64,000 nt of DNA from Candidatus Hydrogenedentota bacterium. GTDB lineage: Bacteria > Hydrogenedentota > Hydrogenedentia > Hydrogenedentales > SLHB01. The first letter of the stretch is position 1, and every line of letters starts with the position of its first letter. Of this stretch, positions 51,201-60,411 are shown in pieces. The notes under the pieces were generated by a model. The model ran no database searches, was not told where the DNA came from, and saw nothing but the letters and a program-made list of their open reading frames with translations. The position numbers were made by a program, and so were the translations under genes. The stretch lies in contig CAXXYE010000002.1 in the NCBI GenBank assembly GCA_963674865.2, positions 128,001 through 192,000 of the forward strand. Direction: 5' to 3'.

Positions 51201-51734
51201 CTCGCCGCGCCGAACGGCGAAGGCCGGCGCACACTCGAGAAACTCATCTACACCTACCTCGGTGACTGGATAGCACAACAGCGCCGGGACCAACAGGCCG
51301 AGGTGGAAGGCGCGGACGCCCGCCTGGCCGCAGCGCTCCACTTGCAGGACGAACTGAAGAAGATCCTCGAAGGCGAACCGCCTTACGACATCTTCGTCCG
51401 CTGGAAGCCGCTGCACGAACAACCCATTGGCTGGGACCCGGACATCAACGACGGTGTCCGGCTAAACATCCGCCCATTCATGATGGCGCGTCCCCTCAAC
51501 GCGCGGGCAAAGAACGCCTGCATCCTCCGCACCACGCCCAAGAACATCAAGTGGAAGAAGGACCGCGGCAAAGAGCCCGAACGCCCCAAAGAAGACTATC
51601 CGTGGTTCTGGGGCTGGGATGAGAAGGCCCAGGATTTCGCTGGCGGCAGCAGATTCGACGGTAATCGCTGGAACGACCTCCACTACACCAACGCATTCAA
51701 ACAAGCGGCCCGCGACCAGAAGAAGAAGGGCTAG
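48231..51734 (+). CDS. pglX: BREX adenine DNA methyltransferase PglX/BrxX
   Basis: PAVTQLFTEDYMV.FLLDNTLG, LDPCMGSGHF (SAM binding), motif IV TNVPY, HHRPFIWHIW, PDINDGVRLNI. Confidence 0.95.
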   Translation: MASLDRTLRRQLENTVKQARRVAEAGARKTLESLAVHHHEPHSSMSSEQRALRNRLRAHGRQLGDRRDERRGTQSIDRLVGECAYEHWHRMLFARFLAENDLLIEPESGVAITLEECRELARDQALDWLELASSYAVRMLQEVFRADDPVLEVVLALETRSELEDLLKSLPSDVFLADDSLGWCYQFWQAERKDEVNASGNKIGAEELPAVTQLFTEDYMVDFLLDNTLGAWHAGKVLTAKPALAETAQGEEELRDAAALPGCPWKYLRFIKGEDGKWTPASGTFEGWPKLTHELKCLDPCMGSGHFVVAMFQRLVALRLGEESLDEAAAVAAVINDNLFGLEIDPRCTQIGAFNLALAAWRRVGYHRLPAMKIACSGIAPNAKREDWLELTEEAPNLRFQMGALYDLFGKAPILGSLINPSVDEAVTYGGALRDLKPLLEKAKLQETKDDTEHEMAVTAHGLFKAAEILSGQFTLVTTNVPYLGRRKQDQVLQDYCDRAYEEAKADLATCFVRRCLEFCASNGSAALVTPQNWLFLKTYQKLRKNLLNQAKWDYIARLGPKCFKTPMWDFNVALLSLTADEPRDEDRYSGIDVGTEKNPALKAKSLESKTPISVLQKDQLNNPDSRITLGENVETALLKVVAGSTAGMLTGDGNHFCRSFWEPIEISPNWEFLQSTVSKSILCGGRSQLVLWENGKGQLYEYAESVKHLNTAVQRWRTGQEVWGKCGVVVSCMGGLDCTLYQGDRYDNNVGVIVPFEQSHLPAIWAFCSSPQFAIELRRIDQKVNVTAATFVKVPFDLAHWQKVATEQYPNGLAEPYSNDPTQWVFHGHPCASVLWNEEKKHIEVASTPRTDVAVLQVAVARLLGYRWPAEKDGEMRLSAESRKLVARCTELHHFADADGIVCLSPIHKEHPASQRLTELLAATYGEDWSAARLNELLAAADCKGKTLDDWLRDKSFEQHVGLFHHRPFIWHIWDGLLDGFNALVNYHKLAAPNGEGRRTLEKLIYTYLGDWIAQQRRDQQAEVEGADARLAAALHLQDELKKILEGEPPYDIFVRWKPLHEQPIGWDPDINDGVRLNIRPFMMARPLNARAKNACILRTTPKNIKWKKDRGKEPERPKEDYPWFWGWDEKAQDFAGGSRFDGNRWNDLHYTNAFKQAARDQKKKG

Positions 51735-51738
51735 GATC

Positions 51739-52584
51739 ATGGCTGAGCAGCGAACAGAAAAGCACGAATTGGCGCGGAACAGTTTGCCCGAAGACTCGGT
51801 TCCCGTATTCGATGACCTCGTCGCCGACTATCGATTTGCTGCCACCAAACACCACGGTTCCCCCTTTGTTTCTTACGTCGTCCTTGCCGACCTAGTGCGT
51901 GCCGGCTGGCGGCTAACGGAAGAACCGGATGCCGCAAGGAAACAAGCGCGCGCGCTGCAGGAGATGTTCCGAGGGCTTCCTTCCAGCCAAGACTCTGACG
52001 AGTTCTTCTACTCCATGGACCGGTGGGAGAGCATTGCTTCCAGCTATCGCCGCGCTGGAGACTTACTCTGCGATGTGGTACTCAACACCAGTCCCCGCGA
52101 CACAAGCCTAGTTTTTCCGATTCTGTTTTGCTACCGCCACTTCCTTGAGGTAAGTCTCAAGGGTCTTATTCAACTTAATGCGGATATTCCAACATCAACG
52201 CCTATCAAGGCTCCGATGAGTCACCTCCTAGACAAGCTGTGGCATGTGCTGAACGACAATCTATCTGAGAACACGAAGTCCACCACAATGTGGCAAGACG
52301 CGACGGTTGAGGATGGCAAGGTGCTCGCGGGAGTGCAGACCGGCAACGTTCAAGACGATTTGCAACTTCTTAACCATTGGTGTGGCCAGTTTGCGAAAGA
52401 AGACCCGACGTCGGATCGCTTTCGTTACCCGGAAAGTCGGCAAGGCGACCCTTACAAATTTCCACGCCTGCATGACCTTTTCGGTCTCGACGATCTCGAC
52501 AAACTGAAGTGTGAGATAGACAAGCTCGGGCAAGCGATTCACAACATAGGATTGGCCATTGCCGGGGAAATCGAATTCGGATGA
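51739..52584 (+). CDS. Two-domain hypothetical protein: ~65-aa N-terminal module fused to a HEPN-like domain
   Basis: FPILFCYRHFLEVSLK...SHLLDKLW...DPTSDRFRYP follows a HEPN-like pattern; ATG 4 bp after the pglX stop. Confidence 0.65.
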   Translation: MAEQRTEKHELARNSLPEDSVPVFDDLVADYRFAATKHHGSPFVSYVVLADLVRAGWRLTEEPDAARKQARALQEMFRGLPSSQDSDEFFYSMDRWESIASSYRRAGDLLCDVVLNTSPRDTSLVFPILFCYRHFLEVSLKGLIQLNADIPTSTPIKAPMSHLLDKLWHVLNDNLSENTKSTTMWQDATVEDGKVLAGVQTGNVQDDLQLLNHWCGQFAKEDPTSDRFRYPESRQGDPYKFPRLHDLFGLDDLDKLKCEIDKLGQAIHNIGLAIAGEIEFG

Positions 52585-52707
52585 ATACCAGAACGAGACA
52601 TCCGAGGAGAGGAGCGTTGCGCATGACCTGGCAGGCACTAAGAATGACCTGCCCTCTGCCAACGAGCACAAGGAAGTTGTGCATGGCAAGAAGAGGGGTA
52701 ACTGGCC

Positions 52708-53823
52708 ATGGCTGAAGCTGAACAAATGCACCTGCTTGCCCCGCCTGAATTACGCGAGCAAATCCGAGAGTTCATTGCAGGTCTTGTTGCGAGCTATGTG
52801 CAACCGTCGGCAACGGAGTTGTTGCATCGTCTCGAAGAGAAACTGGGCTGGACGGTCAGATGGGAACTCGAAGCGGCTCTTGGTGAAATGCAATCCGATA
52901 CGAAGCTGTCCCGAGCAGTTCGCGGATATGTCTACGGCCTGTTGGAAAGTGGCGAGGTCGCAGAGGCACTTCGAGGCAAAGATGTGCCTGACCGTGAGAC
53001 TGCAACGGGCATTGATACTTTGATTCAGTCGAGCCGGGACTATCGTGGCTCTGAGGCCTTTGCCGACATGATTACGTTCATGGCCCGCTTTCGCGAGTAC
53101 GCGCCGTACAATAACATGCTCGTCAAGGTACAAAACCCCAGCTGCAGCTTCTACGCGCGCGAAAAAGACTGGCGTGAGCGTTTTGACCGTCATTTGAAAG
53201 AAGACGCGCGCCCAATGCTGATTCTTGCTCCGATGCATCCGGTGATGCTGGTCTACGATGTTGACCAGACCGACGGGGCGCCCCTGCCCGAACACCTCAC
53301 CAAGTTTGCCACTTTCGAGGGTGAATTCGAACCGGAGTGGCTCGAACGGATGACAAAGAATGCCGGAAGCTATCGCATACGCGTGGATGTCAAGACACTC
53401 TCATCCACGAATGCGGGATTCGCAACCGTAGCACGCGGGTCAGGCGACTGGAAGATGCGTATTGCCCTCCACGAAGGCCTCAATCCCCCGAGCCGCCTCG
53501 GGGTCCTGTGTCACGAATTGGCCCATATTCTTCTCGGGCATCTGGGTACGGACCGTGATCTATGGTGGCCCTGTCGCTCAAACCTCACTCATCAGACCGT
53601 TGAGATAGAAGCGGAATCCGTCGCCTACATTGTAATGTCAAGACTGGGCCTGGACGGCTCCAGTGCAGCATATGTTTCTGGACATCTTAAGGGCGATACC
53701 TTGCCGCAGTCGGTGTCACTCGATTTGATCGCCAAGGTTGCGGGAGCCATCGAGAAGATGGCCCGCGAAAGCGTGCCGCCGAAGAAACCAAGACCTGAAG
53801 CCGGCCGTAGGAGAAATCAATGA
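52708..53823 (+). CDS. ArdC-N-like domain plus zincin metallopeptidase (ImmA/IrrE/ArdC-like)
   Basis: YAPYNNMLVKVQNP...W...F.R; VYDVDQTDG.PLP; HELAH; EIEAESVAY; overlaps the pglZ start (ATGA). Confidence 0.8.
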   Translation: MAEAEQMHLLAPPELREQIREFIAGLVASYVQPSATELLHRLEEKLGWTVRWELEAALGEMQSDTKLSRAVRGYVYGLLESGEVAEALRGKDVPDRETATGIDTLIQSSRDYRGSEAFADMITFMARFREYAPYNNMLVKVQNPSCSFYAREKDWRERFDRHLKEDARPMLILAPMHPVMLVYDVDQTDGAPLPEHLTKFATFEGEFEPEWLERMTKNAGSYRIRVDVKTLSSTNAGFATVARGSGDWKMRIALHEGLNPPSRLGVLCHELAHILLGHLGTDRDLWWPCRSNLTHQTVEIEAESVAYIVMSRLGLDGSSAAYVSGHLKGDTLPQSVSLDLIAKVAGAIEKMARESVPPKKPRPEAGRRRNQ

Positions 53824-56156
53824 GCTTGAAGGCCAATACAGGCCGCCAGACTGTCATCGATGCTATCAGGGCATCGATGGTGGCGGCGCTGTGCGTACCC
53901 GAAGGCGTGGCAGAGCCCGTGGCGTTGCTGTGGACGGATGCAGATGGCCAATGGCGCCCTCTTATTCAGGCCCTCCAAGTGGCGCTGCCGCAGCTCTATG
54001 TCCTGGGAGAATATAGCCCGGACACCCGAACCGGACCTGTGATATGGCTTCGCTGCATCGTGGATCGCGCTTTGCCGGACATGGCGCCGCCGGAAGGCGT
54101 GACGCCCATACTGTATCTACCCAATGTGAGTCGGCAACAACTGCGTGCCGGTGGGGACTGTCCGAAACATCTCCAGCCGCTTATCGAGCTCCAGTTCCGT
54201 GGGGCCGTGTGGCATCAACGCAACGGGCGGGACTGGACCGTCGAGGCGTTCCTGACCTCTATCGACACGCTTGATCTCGACATGGCAACGGATGCCCGCA
54301 CGAGAGAAGCCATGATGCGGGCGTTACCGCTCTTAGCCACCGAGCCCATTGGAGCGCTGTATGGCCGGCGCCTCGAAGCCGAGGACTTCGACCGGTTGGC
54401 CGTGGGTGATCCTATTCGGGACGTCCTCACGTGGATGAGCGATGACGAGGGATTCCGGGGTCGGTGTGATGGGGCACGCTGGGAGACTTTCCGAAGCGTG
54501 TGTGGTCGCGATTTTGACTTTGATCCTGACAAATCCGGATCAACCCAGGCCGGGGAGCTTCTGCTCGAAGGGCACGGAAACTGGGAAAAAGTATGGCAGC
54601 GGTTTTGTGAAGCGCCCCAGGTATATCCTGGCATCGCCAAGGTGTTGCGCGATACGACACCGCCCGATTTGCTTAGCGATCCTGCACGCCAGCCCAAGCG
54701 AAACGCCGATGAGGAGGAGAACCTCCGTTCAGCCCTGGAGAAGGTTGTGAATCTGCCTCACACGGAGGCCTGTGGGCGTGTCCTCGAACTGGAGAACGAG
54801 CATGGACCACGCCGGCAATGGGTGTGGGCCCAACTCGGCGAGAGCCCATTGGCCCAACTGCTGGAGCCGTTGTCACGCGTCGCGAGTCTGGCTCAGAAGC
54901 CCCTCGGCGGAGCTACCGTAGAGGCGATCACGAACGCCTATGCCTCCGAAGGATGGCGATGCGATGCTGCCGCAATGGAGGCCTTGGCTCTGACCAACTC
55001 TGGCACAGATACGACGCTGGTCCGTGGCGTCTTGAACGCCATGTACAAGCCTTGGCTGGAAGAATCGGCGAGGCATTTCCAGGACGTGGCGGCAAAACAC
55101 CCCGAAGAACTCCGTAAAGGCGCTATGGGCGTCCTGCCACAGGCCGAGACGTGCATCGTGTTCGCCGATGGCCTTCGGTTCGACGTGGCCGGACGTCTCG
55201 AGGAACTGCTCGAATCACGGGGCTATCGAGTGCGCCTTTCCCATCGACTGGCGCCGGTACCTTCCGTGACGGCTACTGCTAAGCCCGTGGCCTCGCCGGC
55301 GCACATGGCCTGTGAGGAGACGGCCGAATATGGCGATGACCTAACGCCCGCTATCGGGGAACTGCACAAGGCTTCGAATGCGCAACGCCTGCGCGATGAG
55401 ATGGCCCGACAGGGCGTTGAAGTGATGGAAGAGGGCGAATTCGTGATCCCGTCGGGCTCGCAGGGCGGATGGACGGAGATCGGCCACCTGGATTCGTTGG
55501 GCCACAAGCTCAATGCCGGCTTGGCGAAACAGATCGCAACAGAGGTTGAGGAGATCGCCGAGCGGGTTGCCGGGCTGCTTTCTGGCGGATGGATGAAGGT
55601 GCGGATCCTGACCGACCATGGCTGGCTTCTCCTTCCCGGAGGCCTACCCAAGGTGGAGTTGCCAACGTATCTCACCGAGACAAAATGGTCACGATGCGCC
55701 GTCGCTCAGGGCGAAACGCCGAAGGGGTTCCCGGTCTTCCCGTGGCACTGGAATCCGCACGTGCAAATCGTGTCGCCACCTGGGATTGGCAGTTTCTTTG
55801 CCGGCAAGGAATACGGCCATGGGGGCATCAGCCCGCAGGAATGCGTAGTGCCGGACATGGTCGTGGAGCGCGGGACAGAAGCTGTTAAGGCGAAGATCGC
55901 CACCGTTCGGTGGCGTGGCATGCGGTGCCGAGTGACGGTCGAAACTAATGCGCCTGGCGTGCAGGTGGACCTCCGGCTGCATCCGCGGAAGGAAGACTCA
56001 AGCATAGTAGCGTCGGTCAAGGAAGTAGATGAGAGCGGCGAGGCCAGCCTGGCGGTCGCCGACGACAGTCATGAAGGCGCTGCGGCCATCGTCGTGCTGT
56101 TGGATGGCGCAGGCCATGTCCTAGACCAGAAACCGACTCAGGTTGGAGAAGAATAA
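53820..56156 (+). CDS. pglZ: BREX alkaline-phosphatase-like protein PglZ
   Basis: LLWTD, FADGLRFD, PSVTATAKP, D..GH, TDHGWLL, HGGISPQE. Confidence 0.95.
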   Translation: MSLKANTGRQTVIDAIRASMVAALCVPEGVAEPVALLWTDADGQWRPLIQALQVALPQLYVLGEYSPDTRTGPVIWLRCIVDRALPDMAPPEGVTPILYLPNVSRQQLRAGGDCPKHLQPLIELQFRGAVWHQRNGRDWTVEAFLTSIDTLDLDMATDARTREAMMRALPLLATEPIGALYGRRLEAEDFDRLAVGDPIRDVLTWMSDDEGFRGRCDGARWETFRSVCGRDFDFDPDKSGSTQAGELLLEGHGNWEKVWQRFCEAPQVYPGIAKVLRDTTPPDLLSDPARQPKRNADEEENLRSALEKVVNLPHTEACGRVLELENEHGPRRQWVWAQLGESPLAQLLEPLSRVASLAQKPLGGATVEAITNAYASEGWRCDAAAMEALALTNSGTDTTLVRGVLNAMYKPWLEESARHFQDVAAKHPEELRKGAMGVLPQAETCIVFADGLRFDVAGRLEELLESRGYRVRLSHRLAPVPSVTATAKPVASPAHMACEETAEYGDDLTPAIGELHKASNAQRLRDEMARQGVEVMEEGEFVIPSGSQGGWTEIGHLDSLGHKLNAGLAKQIATEVEEIAERVAGLLSGGWMKVRILTDHGWLLLPGGLPKVELPTYLTETKWSRCAVAQGETPKGFPVFPWHWNPHVQIVSPPGIGSFFAGKEYGHGGISPQECVVPDMVVERGTEAVKAKIATVRWRGMRCRVTVETNAPGVQVDLRLHPRKEDSSIVASVKEVDESGEASLAVADDSHEGAAAIVVLLDGAGHVLDQKPTQVGEE

Positions 56157-58210
56157 TGGCAATCGAACTTGATCACCTCGACAAACTGGCGGCATCCGCT
56201 TTTGACGGTTACCTGGTCCGCAAGGATCTGGTGCGGAAGTATTCGCGGCAGTATCCTGTGCCGACCTATGTGGTGGAATTCCTCCTGGGCCGTTACTGCG
56301 CCACTGTGGATGAGGAGGAGATCCTAGAGGGCATCGGAATCGTCGAGAAGCAGCTCAAGGATCGTACCGTCCGGACAGGCGAGGAAGAGCTGTTCAAGGC
56401 CCGCGCCAAAGAGCAGGGCTCTGTGCGGCTCATCGACATCGTGAAGGCTCGGCTAGATGCAAAGAATGACTGCTACGTCGCGGAACTGCCAAGCCTCGCG
56501 CTGAGAGATGTTCGTGTTGCCGACGACATGGTGCGAGACAACGAGCGGATGCTGACGGACGGCTTCTATGCCGAGGTTGAGCTGGATTATGACGCGATCA
56601 TTGCGCAGCAGAATGCGGGCCGGCCTTTTGGCATCCGTGGCCTGCGGCCCATCCAGCTTTCCAAAGCCGACGCGGTCGACATCTTTGCCGAGGGGCGCCA
56701 GGCATTCACGACGCAGGAATGGATCGAGTTTCTGCTTCGTTCGATAGGCCTCGAACCGGAAGCATTCGACGAGCGTGCAAGACGAGTGGCGCTGCTTCGG
56801 ATGGTGCCGTTCGTCGAGCGAAACTACAACTTCGTGGAACTCGGCCCCAGGGGAACTGGGAAAAGCCATCTTTTCCAGCAGATTTCCCCGTACGCGCACC
56901 TGATCTCTGGCGGTAAGGCCACCGTGGCGAAGATGTTCGTCAATATGGCCAATGGCCAGCGGGGTCTCGTGTGCCAGTACGACGTGGTCTGCTTCGACGA
57001 GGTCGCCGGGATTTCCTTCGATCAGAAGGACGGCGTCAACATTATGAAGGGCTACATGGCCTCAGGGCAGTTCAGCCGCGGCAAGGACAATATCCGGGCC
57101 GATGGATGCATCGTCATGGTCGGCAACTTCGATGTGGATGTTGAGCAACAACAGAAGGTCGGGCATTTGCTGAGTCCGATGCCCAAGGAAATGAGGGACG
57201 ATACCGCATTCATGGACCGCATCCACGGTTTCGCGCCCGGTTGGGACTTCCCGAAAGTCAGCCCGGACGAACATCTCACGGACCATTTCGGGCTTGTGAG
57301 TGATTTCCTGAGCGAGTGTTGGAGCCGCCTTCGGACGGGGAATCGTCTGCCGGCGCTTCAGGGACGCGTGTACCTCGGCGGAGCGCTCAGCGGTCGTGAC
57401 ATTGAGGCGACGAACAAGACGCTGAACGGCCTCATGAAGCTGCTATTCCCGGATCCCAGTATGCCCATTTCCGATGAGGACATCGAATGGATGGCGCGTT
57501 TGGCCCTCGAGTCGCGTCGGCGCGTGAAGGAACAGCAGAAACGGGTCTTCAAGAGCGAGTTCCGCAATACGCACTTCAGTTACACGCTCGGGCCGGACGG
57601 AGTCGAGCAGTTCGTCTCAACCCCCGAGCTCCACAGCGATGAAGCCATTGAGAGTGATCCGCTGCCTCCCGGGCAGGTTTGGGCGGTCAGTCCGGGTTCT
57701 CCAGAGGCGGGGCCGGGTCTGTATCGCATCGAGGTGACGTGTGGACCAGGCGGCGGAGTGAAGATCCTGAATCAGCCCACGCCACCGTCGTTCCGCGAGA
57801 GTGTCAAAGTCGGCGAGCAGAATCTCTATACGCGGTCAAAGGAGCTTGTGGGCGACCGGAATCCGCGGGAAGAGGAGTTTTCCATCCAGATGCGCCCCAT
57901 GGATGCCGACAAGTCCGGCGTCGGGTTGGGACTCCCGGTACTTGTCGCCTTCTGCGGCTCCCTGCTCGGCCGCAACACCTGCGGCGGAACCATCGTGGTG
58001 GGTGCGCTCAACCTCGGCGGGTCAATTGAGATGTTGCCCAATGCCGTCAGCATCGCCGAACTTGCCGTTGATAAGAAGGCGCAAACGCTGCTGATGCCCG
58101 TCTCGGCGCGCCGGCAACTCAACGATCTTCCCGACGACCTGTGGACCAAGATCAGCATCGAGTTCTACAAAGACTCCGCAGACGCGGTGTTCAAAGCGCT
58201 GGAGGACTGA
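56156..58210 (+). CDS. brxL: BREX AAA+/Lon-like protein BrxL
   Basis: VRKDL, VPTYVVEFLLG.YC, ELGPRGTGKSH, FDEVAG, MKGYMASG.FSRG, AFMDRIH; Lon-like C-terminal domain. Confidence 0.95.
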   Translation: MAIELDHLDKLAASAFDGYLVRKDLVRKYSRQYPVPTYVVEFLLGRYCATVDEEEILEGIGIVEKQLKDRTVRTGEEELFKARAKEQGSVRLIDIVKARLDAKNDCYVAELPSLALRDVRVADDMVRDNERMLTDGFYAEVELDYDAIIAQQNAGRPFGIRGLRPIQLSKADAVDIFAEGRQAFTTQEWIEFLLRSIGLEPEAFDERARRVALLRMVPFVERNYNFVELGPRGTGKSHLFQQISPYAHLISGGKATVAKMFVNMANGQRGLVCQYDVVCFDEVAGISFDQKDGVNIMKGYMASGQFSRGKDNIRADGCIVMVGNFDVDVEQQQKVGHLLSPMPKEMRDDTAFMDRIHGFAPGWDFPKVSPDEHLTDHFGLVSDFLSECWSRLRTGNRLPALQGRVYLGGALSGRDIEATNKTLNGLMKLLFPDPSMPISDEDIEWMARLALESRRRVKEQQKRVFKSEFRNTHFSYTLGPDGVEQFVSTPELHSDEAIESDPLPPGQVWAVSPGSPEAGPGLYRIEVTCGPGGGVKILNQPTPPSFRESVKVGEQNLYTRSKELVGDRNPREEEFSIQMRPMDADKSGVGLGLPVLVAFCGSLLGRNTCGGTIVVGALNLGGSIEMLPNAVSIAELAVDKKAQTLLMPVSARRQLNDLPDDLWTKISIEFYKDSADAVFKALED

Positions 58211-58502
58211 GCCTGCACGACCCCAGCCATCTACAAAAGCCGCAAGCCAGGGAGATGATTGCGAGCTTCGAGACTGAGGGCACTTCAACGACCGACCCGC
58301 GAAACAAGTGAGTAAGGAGGGTCAGCCCCGTGACGAGTCTGTCGACTCCTCTGGTAAAGAGTTCTGGGCCAACTCCCTGTAGCTGCCTGGGCGCTCTTCC
58401 TTTTCCATGCGGGGTGACACATGTCACGCCCAACTGAGAACAATTGCAGGGCACTTGAGTGGCGGTTTCTTCCAACAGCTGGTCTGAAGAAAGGTAAGGG
58501 TC

Positions 58503-59423
58503 ATGGAACTGGCCTCTGAAGAAGAGTTGGTGGCAGCGCGGGATGAGTTACTTAATGCGGCCTTCAGCATTCTTGGTTTGCTTAGCAACATCGAGGAAAC
58601 TCTCGAATGGAGAAAGTCATTTCCGAGACCGGCACATGGCAAGGACCTTCTTGAGGAGATCAAGGACTATATGGAGAAGATTCACCTTAGCTTCAGCGCC
58701 AGAAGAGTGGGCTGTCACCTGGATAAGGTTATTCCTACGCTTGAAGTCGCAAACGCCGAGCGAGGTCTCTTGGACAAAGCGATAAACTTGGACGAGTACT
58801 TCTACCAGTCCGATGACTCCGAACACACCAATCTGCCTGTTTTGACTCTGTGTACGACCTCTCATGAAGAGACTTTTCAGCGTGTCTTTTCTTTGCTCCT
58901 ATCGTTAAACGGCGATATAGCCCGAATTGCGGATGATATTCCCAAAGGTGACGCCCGTTACAGCAACATAGTGATTGAGCGAGTCTCTTCCGCGCTAGAG
59001 AGGATCAGAAGAGTGATGCCCGCTTACAAATCTCACGAGCTTGGTAGGAATGTCCGTGCGGAATGCGCTAGGGCACTAGCGTATGTTCGGGCGCAAGACA
59101 GGTCACAGAACCGTGGCAAGCCCCAAGTCCGACCAGACATTATCCAAACCGGTAGGTACGACGGCGATGTGGCAAAACGCACGGCACAGCCTCGGGTCAC
59201 CAGTAAGCGTGCAGCAAATAGGACGTGCGGCCGCCCGAAACACTACGACGCGAAGAAAGACAAGGAAATCCACGACAAATGGCTCGCTTGGAACGGTCAC
59301 ACCGCCCTCGGGAAGAACCGAAAGCTCATCAAGGATTTTGCCCCCACGATTAGGCTAAAGCCCAAGCAGGTCAGGAACGCGATTAACCGATATTCACACG
59401 TCCTTCGACGCCTAGAGCCTTAG
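58503..59423 (+). CDS. Hypothetical protein with basic, possibly DNA-binding C-terminus (candidate element regulator)
   Basis: 306-aa ORF, relatively AT-rich; C-terminal GRPKHYDAKKDKEIHDKW...KQVRNAINR; directly upstream of the AlpA gene. Confidence 0.55.
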   Translation: MELASEEELVAARDELLNAAFSILGLLSNIEETLEWRKSFPRPAHGKDLLEEIKDYMEKIHLSFSARRVGCHLDKVIPTLEVANAERGLLDKAINLDEYFYQSDDSEHTNLPVLTLCTTSHEETFQRVFSLLLSLNGDIARIADDIPKGDARYSNIVIERVSSALERIRRVMPAYKSHELGRNVRAECARALAYVRAQDRSQNRGKPQVRPDIIQTGRYDGDVAKRTAQPRVTSKRAANRTCGRPKHYDAKKDKEIHDKWLAWNGHTALGKNRKLIKDFAPTIRLKPKQVRNAINRYSHVLRRLEP

Positions 59424-59632
59424 CCCTTCCACCCCTGTCAATACCCTCCGGATTTATTGCGTCCAACGAGTCACCAGCTGTCCCACAGTGACAATAAGTG
59501 CGTTCCTTCCCCCGTTGGTCATAATAACGCTTCGTCATATTCTTCGCCGGACTTTTTATTTCCAACGCACTGGGCATCATGTGGCACGTGGGTCGAACGT
59601 AGTGTTCGCCCAAAGCAACAGGAGGCCGCAGA

Positions 59633-59899
59633 ATGCCTGATAAGTCCTCAAAAAGAGTTGGTGTCGAGGAGCACACGGAATCGGCAGAGCAACAGCCCGG
59701 GAGAATGCTCGTTGATGTTAGGAGGGTGGCCTCCCTTCTGAATTGCAGCCCGCGCACGGTGTACCGGCTCTCCGATGGGGGACGCATGCCACGTCCAGTG
59801 AAACTCGGGGGGCTGGTGCGTTGGCGCCGGGACGAGATTGCGTCCTGGATCTGTGCCGGTTGCCCAGCGATCCGGTCCCGGAAAGGGGGTGCCCAATGA
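59633..59899 (+). CDS. AlpA/excisionase-like HTH protein
   Basis: LVDVRRVASLLNCSPRTVYRL...MPRPVKLGGLVRWRRDEI..W; RBS AGGAGG. Confidence 0.9.
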   Translation: MPDKSSKRVGVEEHTESAEQQPGRMLVDVRRVASLLNCSPRTVYRLSDGGRMPRPVKLGGLVRWRRDEIASWICAGCPAIRSRKGGAQ

Positions 59900-60312
59900 G
59901 CGCCTCCGCAGGCGCGTGCGCGGCCCCCGGCCGCCGGGACACCGTTACCGGCTACGACTACCGTTATGACGCGCCGCTCCCGCCAAGCCAAGCCATCCGG
60001 GCGCATTGCCTGGAGTGTGTCGGGGGAGAACTGGCTGAGGTACTCAGGTGTACGGCCACAAACGAGGAATGCCCCCTGTGGCGCTATCGTTCCGGCCGCG
60101 GGAAAGACACCTCGCGGCCTTCCAACGGGCTGACCCGCCTGCAGGCCATCCGCCAGGAATGCCTGCGCTGTATGGGCGGGAACAAGCAGTTCGTCCGGGA
60201 ATGCGCGAGCAGCCATTGCCACCTGTGGCCGTACCGGTTCGGGTGCCGGCCCAAAGACCATCCGGTGTTGTCGGTGCGCTCGGGGGGGAGATCGGCAAAA
60301 CCTGCGCGCTAG
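59896..60312 (+). CDS. Small protein with two tandem Cys4 (zinc-finger-like) repeats
   Basis: QAIRAHCLECVGG...C......CPLWRYRSG and QAIRQECLRCMGG...C....CHLWPYRFG; ATGA overlap with the AlpA gene. Confidence 0.7.
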   Translation: MSASAGACAAPGRRDTVTGYDYRYDAPLPPSQAIRAHCLECVGGELAEVLRCTATNEECPLWRYRSGRGKDTSRPSNGLTRLQAIRQECLRCMGGNKQFVRECASSHCHLWPYRFGCRPKDHPVLSVRSGGRSAKPAR

Positions 60313-60411
60313 TTCCTGAAGATCCAAACACAGCAAAGAGTCTACAAAGCATCTCAGGGCAGTTGGTGTGTGGCCATGCGGGCCCGGGTGCAAATCGTGG
60401 GAGAACGACAC

